Source: Ignavibacteriota bacterium (GTDB taxonomy: Bacteria; Bacteroidota; Ignavibacteria; UBA10030). Taken from it: 32,361 bases of DNA. Under the pieces are notes generated by a model. That model did not search any database, was not told the origin of the DNA, and saw only the letters and a list, made by a program, of their open reading frames with translations. The position numbers and the translations under genes were made by a program. The stretch covers positions 1 to 32,361 of the forward strand of contig PMML01000054.1 in the NCBI GenBank assembly GCA_003162695.1, written 5' to 3'. Shown here one piece after another: positions 26,068 through 32,361 of the stretch (the stretch's first letter is position 1; the number at the start of each line of letters is the position of its first letter).

Positions 26068-27887
26068 TGCAGACGTTTCCGGCGCTTGGCGAATTTGTTC
26101 GGTATCTGGAGTCTATCGGTGAGCTCAGAAGAATCAAGAAGGAGGTTGATCCTTTTCTTGAAATAACCGAAATTGCCGCACGATCTCTCCGTGAAGGCAG
26201 ACAGGCTCTTCTTTTTGAAAATGTAAAAGGTTCACCGTTTCCCTGTGCTGTCAATGTTTATGCTTCGGAACGCCGGATTGAAATCGCTCTGGGCAGGCAT
26301 CCGGAACAGATCGGCGAAGAACTCATAAATTTTGCAGAAAGATTGTTTCCACCCAAACCTTCGGAGCTATGGAAGAATCGATCGATGCTTCTTCGCATTC
26401 TTCATTCTCAATCGCGAAAAGTTGCATCAGGATTTTCCCAGTCCATTGTTCTGTCTCCCGATCTCAATGTGCTGCCGCTTCAAACCTGCTGGCCCGGCGA
26501 TGGCGGTCGTTTTATTACGCAGGGGCAGGTCGTTACGTACGATCCGGTCGATGGAAAGAGGAATATTGGAATGTATCGTATGCATGTGTATGATGCCGTT
26601 ACAACAGGCATGCATTGGCAAATTCAAAAAGGCGGTGGATTCCATTATCATCATGCGGAACAAATGAATCGGGCACTTCCGGTTTGCGTTGCTCTCGGAA
26701 CAGATCCGGCATTGCTGCTCGCAACGATCGCGGCTTTACCGGAAGGTATCGACGAGGCAATGTTTGCTGCATTTTTAAGAAATAAAAGAATTCCATTTGC
26801 ACGCGGGAAAAGCATCGGCGTCGATGTCCCGTCTCGGGCTGAGTTCATCCTGGAAGGAAATGTGTACCCCGGCGAGCGCAGAGAAGAAGGACCGTTCGGA
26901 GATCATTTAGGCCATTATTCCCACGCATCGCTGTTTCCGGTTTTTCATTTAAAAGCTCTTACACATCGTCATCATGCAGTATACCCTGCAGCGGTTGTCG
27001 GCGTTCCGCCTCTGGAAGATAAATTTCTGGGGGATGCGACACAGCAAATTCTTTCTCCATTGATCAGGCTTCTTCACTCGGAAATTCGGTCGATGTGGGC
27101 GTATTACGAAGCGGGTTTTCATAATCTGCTCGTTGTTTCGACGGAAGCACGCTATAAAAAAGAAGCAATGAAAACCGCACTTGGATTATTGGGGACAGGT
27201 CAATTATCGTTGACCAAATGCATGGTCCTGGTTTCGGAAGAGGTCGATCCGAAAAACTGGTCTTCCGTTCTGAAGGAAATTCATGAAAATTTCGATCCGC
27301 ATTTCGACTTTATGCTGCTTCCGAATGTTCCGCTTGATACTCTCGACTTTACAAGTTTTAATTTGGAACTGGGAAGTAAAATGATTTTAGATGCGACGAG
27401 AAAACAGAGCAGGAAGCACGAACAAAAGAAGCGAGATGAGCGGATTACCGGCCTGAAGCGCTCGCTTATCTCCAAGGTTATTTCTTCCGATAAAAGAATC
27501 ATAGACGCAGAATCGTGGGAAGAAACTCTGCTTGTTGTCAAAATCCGTTCCAGCGGTTCAGCATCGAGCGGATCACAATTAAACGGAAGACCAGTTCTGG
27601 AGAAATTGCTTCGGAACCGGGAATGTCAGATTTTCAGCATCATTGCGGTTGTGAGCGAAGATGTCGATGTGAGAGATCGAGTGAACTCGATTTGGGGAAT
27701 ATTCACGCGATTTGACTGTCAGAGGGATGTGATTTTTACGGATCAAAAAATGTCGGGAATTTCTCCGCTCTATTCGGGTGTTATGGGAATAGATGCAACG
27801 TGGAAAAAAGGATATCCGGACCCTCTTGTTATGGATCCCGATGTCGTGTGCAGAGTCCATTCACAATGGGAAGAATTTTGGAAGTAG
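26067..27887 (+). CDS. ubiD: UbiD-family prFMN-dependent decarboxylase (menaquinone biosynthesis, long form)
   Basis: VDPFLEITEI, WPGDGGRFIT, NIGMYR, MHWQIQK, EGPFGDH.GHYS, DTLD, GIDATWK. TAATG coupling gives the start at 26067. Confidence 0.93.
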   Translation: MQTFPALGEFVRYLESIGELRRIKKEVDPFLEITEIAARSLREGRQALLFENVKGSPFPCAVNVYASERRIEIALGRHPEQIGEELINFAERLFPPKPSELWKNRSMLLRILHSQSRKVASGFSQSIVLSPDLNVLPLQTCWPGDGGRFITQGQVVTYDPVDGKRNIGMYRMHVYDAVTTGMHWQIQKGGGFHYHHAEQMNRALPVCVALGTDPALLLATIAALPEGIDEAMFAAFLRNKRIPFARGKSIGVDVPSRAEFILEGNVYPGERREEGPFGDHLGHYSHASLFPVFHLKALTHRHHAVYPAAVVGVPPLEDKFLGDATQQILSPLIRLLHSEIRSMWAYYEAGFHNLLVVSTEARYKKEAMKTALGLLGTGQLSLTKCMVLVSEEVDPKNWSSVLKEIHENFDPHFDFMLLPNVPLDTLDFTSFNLELGSKMILDATRKQSRKHEQKKRDERITGLKRSLISKVISSDKRIIDAESWEETLLVVKIRSSGSASSGSQLNGRPVLEKLLRNRECQIFSIIAVVSEDVDVRDRVNSIWGIFTRFDCQRDVIFTDQKMSGISPLYSGVMGIDATWKKGYPDPLVMDPDVVCRVHSQWEEFWK

Positions 27888-27889
27888 TT

Positions 27890-29752
27890 ATGGAGATACA
27901 TTTCCGGGATATAAATCTTGAGCCCGTCTGGCAAAAAGTCCGAAAGGGGAACCGATTATCCGCTGAAGACGGATTAAGGCTCCTCGCAACCAACGATATC
28001 ATTTCGCTCGGCAAGATGGCGCACTTTGTTCAAAAACAGAGAAGCGGTGATGCGGTTTACTTTGTCTTGAATCAAAAAATCGAACCGACGAACGTTTGTG
28101 TCTTATCGTGTAAGTTTTGCGACTTTGCCGTAAAACAAGGTGACGCGAAATCTTATGAAATGACGATCGAAGCAATTCTCGGAAAGCTTACCTCCGACAT
28201 TCAGGAAGTGCATATTACGGGCGGTTTGCATCCGGATTGGGAGTGGGAATACTATCTCGATATGCTGCGGCGTATTCGTGAAAAATATCCGCATGCGGAT
28301 ATCAAAGCGTTCACGGCGGTCGAAATCGATTTTTTCCATAGGAAATTCAAAATATCGATTGAAGATGTTTTGCGGCAATTAAAAGAAGCCGGACTTCGAA
28401 CGATGCCGGGAGGCGGAGCGGAAGTGTTTTCAGAGCGTGTGCGAAAGGAACTCTTCCCTCAGAAGATAGGAGCCGAGCAATGGCTGGCCATTCATCGAAC
28501 CTCTCATAGACTGGGGATCCCGACAAATGCAACGATGCTATACGGTCATATCGAAACGATGGAAGAACGGGTACATCATCTTCTCAAACTCCGGGAATTG
28601 CAGGATGAGACGCATGGATTTCTTTCTTTTATCCCATTAGCTTTTCAGCCGGGGGAAACCGGTATTAAGCCTTCTGATCAATATACATCGGCTATCGACG
28701 ACCTTAGGGTGATTGCCGCCTCGCGGCTGATACTCGATAACATTCCGCATATCAAGGCCTATTGGGTTATGCTGACGGAGGATGTTGCATCCATAGCTTT
28801 AAATTTCGGGGCAGATGATATGGATGGAACGGTGGGAGGTGAGCGCATCGCGCATGATGCAGGTGCGATAAGTCCGTCAGTGCTGGCAAAAGAACAAATC
28901 GTTAAAATTATTCGTGATGCAGGAAAGATCCCGGTGGAACGGGATATCTATTATAATCCGCTTCGTCTATACGGCGAACATGTAGTAGGAAAAATTCCGT
29001 ATTTGAATTCCGTGCCATTCTATGCAAATATCGAACAGCGGAAATTCAAGATTTTGCCGGTTTCTCCCCGTCGAATGGGTGATCTATCTTCAAGGGGGTA
29101 TCTGGATGCCGGTCTTTTTTCTTTGGTCGACTATCTGCAGCAGCAGACGAAACTGGAAGCTCTTGATTATTGCATTGCAACGAGAGATCAAGTGAAAAGT
29201 GTAATGCTCTTCACAAATCATGACTGGCAAAGCCTCCAGGGCAGGACCATTGGTATTGTCGACGACACGGCAACTTCCGTTCAACTCTTGCGGGTTTTGT
29301 TGAAAAATAAATACGGAGTACATGCACATTTCCAGCGCATGAATTCCGGTGTGAACGAGTATCGGTCGTTCGATGCTGTACTGTTGATCGGAGATGAGGC
29401 TCTCCGTTGCCAAAAGCACGGTCTTGCTGGTTTTGAGTTGATTTATGATCTTGCATCGGAATGGTACGAATGGAAAAAACTTCCATTTGTATTTGCAATA
29501 TGGGCGGTACAAAAAGCGGTGCAGCCGGACATGAAAGCGGAATTGATCGAAATTCTGCAAGCCTCTCTCAAAAAAGCGGAACAAAATTATACTGAGGCAG
29601 GCGCTCTGCATGCGAAAAGCATCGGCCTCACAGGGCAGGAATGCGATGAATATCTGGAAGGATTTAACTTCCGTATCGGCGCTCGTGAGCGTGCAGCTAT
29701 TGCAGAATTCGAAAAACTTTTAATAGATTTGGAAGTAATGGAAAGAGTCTAG
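27890..29752 (+). CDS. mqnE: Fused aminofutalosine synthase MqnE (aa ~1-360) and chorismate dehydratase MqnA (aa ~365-620)
   Basis: N-terminal part: PTNVCVLSCKFC (CxxxCxxC), KAFTAVEI, MPGGGAEVF, NATMLYGHIE, HIKAYW, FGADDMDGT. C-terminal part: GKIPYLNSVP, VKSVML, ATSVQL, LLIGDEAL, DLASEW...LPFVFAIW. Confidence 0.92.
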   Translation: MEIHFRDINLEPVWQKVRKGNRLSAEDGLRLLATNDIISLGKMAHFVQKQRSGDAVYFVLNQKIEPTNVCVLSCKFCDFAVKQGDAKSYEMTIEAILGKLTSDIQEVHITGGLHPDWEWEYYLDMLRRIREKYPHADIKAFTAVEIDFFHRKFKISIEDVLRQLKEAGLRTMPGGGAEVFSERVRKELFPQKIGAEQWLAIHRTSHRLGIPTNATMLYGHIETMEERVHHLLKLRELQDETHGFLSFIPLAFQPGETGIKPSDQYTSAIDDLRVIAASRLILDNIPHIKAYWVMLTEDVASIALNFGADDMDGTVGGERIAHDAGAISPSVLAKEQIVKIIRDAGKIPVERDIYYNPLRLYGEHVVGKIPYLNSVPFYANIEQRKFKILPVSPRRMGDLSSRGYLDAGLFSLVDYLQQQTKLEALDYCIATRDQVKSVMLFTNHDWQSLQGRTIGIVDDTATSVQLLRVLLKNKYGVHAHFQRMNSGVNEYRSFDAVLLIGDEALRCQKHGLAGFELIYDLASEWYEWKKLPFVFAIWAVQKAVQPDMKAELIEILQASLKKAEQNYTEAGALHAKSIGLTGQECDEYLEGFNFRIGARERAAIAEFEKLLIDLEVMERV

Positions 29753-29760
29753 CAGGATAT

Positions 29761-30558
29761 ATGTCGGAACATATTCTTAAACGATTCGAAGAGCTTGTCG
29801 AGGCGGGGAACAGACTTGCCCCTCAGGGGGGATTTGATTTTTCCGGTTATAATGCGCGTCTGCAAAATACATATTTGGAATGGCGCAAAGCGTGCCTTGA
29901 AATTTTAGAACTCTCCGGCCCGATCGGCATTCCCTATAAAAATAAAATTCTCAGCGATAAAAATGGAGGAGTTTTTTTCCAAATTTCCGCACTCTTGATT
30001 CTGCATTCGATACATGAATTGTATGCTAAACTCAAAGCTTCTCCGGAAATGGTATCTTCAGATGGAAAAGAATTACAGGAAAACCAGCCGTTGACGCAAA
30101 CCGTCTCGGATGGAGTTCGCGTGTTGAAGCCGCCGGTTAAAGCCGAAAAGGTACAAACCAGCCCTGCTGCTGCGCGTACTGTCTATATCATCGGGGAAAA
30201 AAACAGCCCGCTCTATGTACAACTGGCGCATTTTTTATTGGAGATTGGAATTGAAGAGGTGCTGATAGAAAGACAGCATGGAACGATGATTTCGTTTAAC
30301 ACATTTCAGGAACGGGCCGATATACGATTTGCATATTTTGTTCTGAATGAAGACGATCTTGGGTATGTGATGTTTGAAATAGGTCATTTGGTCGGCAAGC
30401 TGGGATCAGGGCATGTTTGTGTATTATGCAAATCAGAAGTGAATTTTCCCGGCAATATCCCCGGTATCAGTGTTAAACGAATTGTTGTTAAGCTGGAAGA
30501 AGCCGGATTCGAATTGATGAAAGAATTAAAAGCAGCAGGATATACCGTCAATATTTAA
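29761..30558 (+). CDS. Hypothetical protein: helical N-terminal domain plus degenerate CAP12/Pycsar-type TIR-like domain
   Basis: C-terminal half shows VYII, AHFL..IGIE.VLI, FAYFVL..DD.G, VMFEIG.LVGKLG...VCVL, P.NIPG and ELKAAGY. AGGA RBS. Confidence 0.7.
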   Translation: MSEHILKRFEELVEAGNRLAPQGGFDFSGYNARLQNTYLEWRKACLEILELSGPIGIPYKNKILSDKNGGVFFQISALLILHSIHELYAKLKASPEMVSSDGKELQENQPLTQTVSDGVRVLKPPVKAEKVQTSPAAARTVYIIGEKNSPLYVQLAHFLLEIGIEEVLIERQHGTMISFNTFQERADIRFAYFVLNEDDLGYVMFEIGHLVGKLGSGHVCVLCKSEVNFPGNIPGISVKRIVVKLEEAGFELMKELKAAGYTVNI

Positions 30559-30671
30559 CGCAGAATAAAATACAAAAAAAGTATGAATAAAAATACCTGT
30601 TTCCTCTCTCTCTCGATGGAAAAGAAAGAACGTTTATTTTACATCCCAATATATTCTCTTGCGGTGGATGC

Positions 30672-31766
30672 ATGACAGTTGCAGAGATAGAAAAAAATAT
30701 TCGAAACGGCATTCGGATGACGAAAGAAGAGGGGGTTTTCCTGCTCCGCAATGCAGAAATTCTCGATCTTGGCGCTTTGGCAAACGAGATTCGTTTTAAA
30801 AATAACCCAAAACCGTATGTGACGTATGTACTGGATACAAATCCGAATTATACGAATGTTTGCACTGTCGATTGTATCTTCTGTGCGTTTTATCGTCATC
30901 CGGGTGAAGAAGGAGTCTACACTCGTACGGTGGATTATATGATGGAAAAATTCAAAGAAGCTGCTCGTAATGGAACGACGACTGTCCTTCTCCAAGGGGG
31001 TGTAAATCCCGATTTGCCGTTCGAGTATTATCTGGAGCTTGTTGAGCGGACGGTAAAAGAGGTTCCGCAGATTTTTCCGCATTTCTTTTCGACTTCTGAA
31101 ATTCTTATCATGTCGAAAGTGTCCGGATTCAGCGTTCATACCGTTCTGGAAAAATTATGGGAAAAGGGATTGCGATCCCTGCCGGGCGGGGGAGCGGAAA
31201 TACTCTCCGATAGAGTAAAAAAGAAAATCAGCGGCAAAAAAGGGACTTCTGACGATTGGATTCGCGTTATGAGAACTGCGCATCGGATCGGGTATAAAAC
31301 GACCGCTACGATGATGTACGGGCATCTGGAAGCAGATGAGGATATCATAACGCATCTGGATGCTGTACGCGCCTTACAGGACGAGACAGGCGGCTTTACG
31401 GCCTTTATTCCGTGGTCGTTCAAGCCCGGTAATACGCCGCTGGAAAAGATTATACCGCATTATGCATCGCCACTGCGATACCTTCAAATGATTGCCTTGT
31501 CGCGCATCTATCTGGATAACTTCCGGCATATACAAGGATCGTGGTTTTCAGAAGGGAAAAAAATAGGCCAGATATCGCTTCACTTTGGAGCAGATGATTT
31601 CGGCGGGGTTTTAACGGAAGAGAATGTTCATGCCTCTGCAAAGTTTGTGAACAAGACGAGTGCCGAGGGATGTAAGATGCTTATCCGAGAGTCCGGTTTT
31701 CTGCCTGCCCAGCGTAATACCCTTTATGATATTCTCAACATCGATGATGTGCGGAAAGCAGTGTAA
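30672..31766 (+). CDS. mqnC: Cyclic dehypoxanthinyl futalosine synthase (radical SAM)
   Basis: NPNYTNVCTVDCIFCAFYR, LLQGG.NP, SLPGGGAEIL, TATMMYGH, GFTAFIPW, HIQGSW, GADDFG...EENV. Confidence 0.93.
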   Translation: MTVAEIEKNIRNGIRMTKEEGVFLLRNAEILDLGALANEIRFKNNPKPYVTYVLDTNPNYTNVCTVDCIFCAFYRHPGEEGVYTRTVDYMMEKFKEAARNGTTTVLLQGGVNPDLPFEYYLELVERTVKEVPQIFPHFFSTSEILIMSKVSGFSVHTVLEKLWEKGLRSLPGGGAEILSDRVKKKISGKKGTSDDWIRVMRTAHRIGYKTTATMMYGHLEADEDIITHLDAVRALQDETGGFTAFIPWSFKPGNTPLEKIIPHYASPLRYLQMIALSRIYLDNFRHIQGSWFSEGKKIGQISLHFGADDFGGVLTEENVHASAKFVNKTSAEGCKMLIRESGFLPAQRNTLYDILNIDDVRKAV

Positions 31767-31777
31767 GGAGGCTGAAA

Positions 31778-31831
31778 ATGAATCATGCTCTCGAGCATTT
31801 CGCTTCTCTGTTGGGCTCTTCGCTTGAATGA
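31778..31831 (+). CDS. Candidate 17-aa small ORF (MNHALEHFASLLGSSLE)
   Basis: TAAGGAGG overlaps the mqnC stop, 6 nt before ATG 31778. No homology evidence. Confidence 0.25.
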   Translation: MNHALEHFASLLGSSLE

Positions 31832-32020
31832 GCAATGAAAATCGCTTTCCCGTCATTTTTTTCAAAATCAGTTTTTCTCACTTTCTCATCGATAGAGGCT
31901 TTTTTCACTGACCCCCCTTTTCTTTTTCCAAGAAAAAACCAATATTGTAATTATCTGATGATAATTTTTTTTCTATTTATGAATTGTCATTTAACGGAAA
32001 AATAACAATTTGAAAAACTT

Positions 32021-32361
32021 ATGTTGAACCATATCTGGTGGGCGCTTATCGTTCTTTCATTGCTTGCGGCGGCAGGAAACGACGCATACGATGAATTGAA
32101 CAATACCTACAGGAATGGACTTCCTCTCCGGATATCTTTCCATTCAAAAGAAGTTTGGACTGGTGGAACGAAGACTGAAGGAGACATTATTGTTGCATGT
32201 GCGGTATTGAGAAATTTCTATGGTATCGAGGACCGCAGATATCAAAACGATACGTTGAAGCAGAATGCCTCTCTCTCATCCGATGGAAAAGCAGCGCTCG
32301 TCATTTCAGACTCGTCTCCGATTATCTGGCAGACTATGGCAAAAAGCAGTTCGATAAAAGT
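32021..32361 (+). CDS. 5' part of a membrane protein, probably SpmA / nucleoside-recognition family (truncated by window end)
   Basis: Open frame to the end of the window, absent from the ORF track: MLNHIWWALIVLSLLAAAGNDAYDELNNTYRNG... The MLNxIW plus TM start is typical of SpmA-like proteins. Confidence 0.6.
   Translation, partial: MLNHIWWALIVLSLLAAAGNDAYDELNNTYRNGLPLRISFHSKEVWTGGTKTEGDIIVACAVLRNFYGIEDRRYQNDTLKQNASLSSDGKAALVISDSSPIIWQTMAKSSSIK

Noticed and set aside
27800-27889. Longer N-termini given by the ORF track (also at 8015, 10565, 12871, 18994, 24635 and 26043)
   Set aside because: Most overlap upstream genes, and downstream starts fit RBS position, stop-start coupling and family N-termini better.
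30604-30614. (CT)n phase-variation switch for mqnC
   Set aside because: Only about 5 units, too short for appreciable slippage, and no promoter elements clearly bracket it.

Overview
A gene-dense housekeeping region of a bacterial chromosome with about 30 genes, all on the + strand. It most resembles the Ignavibacteria/Chlorobi side of the FCB group; this is an inference from DUF2795, DUF494-topA, hprK, the futalosine pathway and promoter style. Gene order: HNH nuclease; trpS; scpA-scpB-rluB-malQ-lysS; S41 protease-DUF3108-gamma-CA-MBL hydrolase; hypothetical-ybeY-DUF494-topA-xerC-hpf-hprK; M23 peptidase-DUF2795; Omp85-holB-metG; a futalosine menaquinone cluster (ubiA-ubiX-ubiD-[mqnE::mqnA fusion]-TIR-like gene-mqnC); and a 5' fragment of a probable spmA-like gene. 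I found no tRNA, rRNA, CRISPR array or IS element. The most interesting observations are: a degenerate CAP12/Pycsar-type TIR-domain gene embedded in the menaquinone cluster; an MqnE-MqnA fusion; an ScpB with a ~215-aa acidic tail ending in a MinD/FtsA-like amphipathic helix; an HNH gene that appears to start at a non-canonical AUC codon behind a perfect Shine-Dalgarno; and a phased 7/8-bp GTT repeat array between trpS and scpA. All family calls come from recognising motifs by eye; no database search was run.
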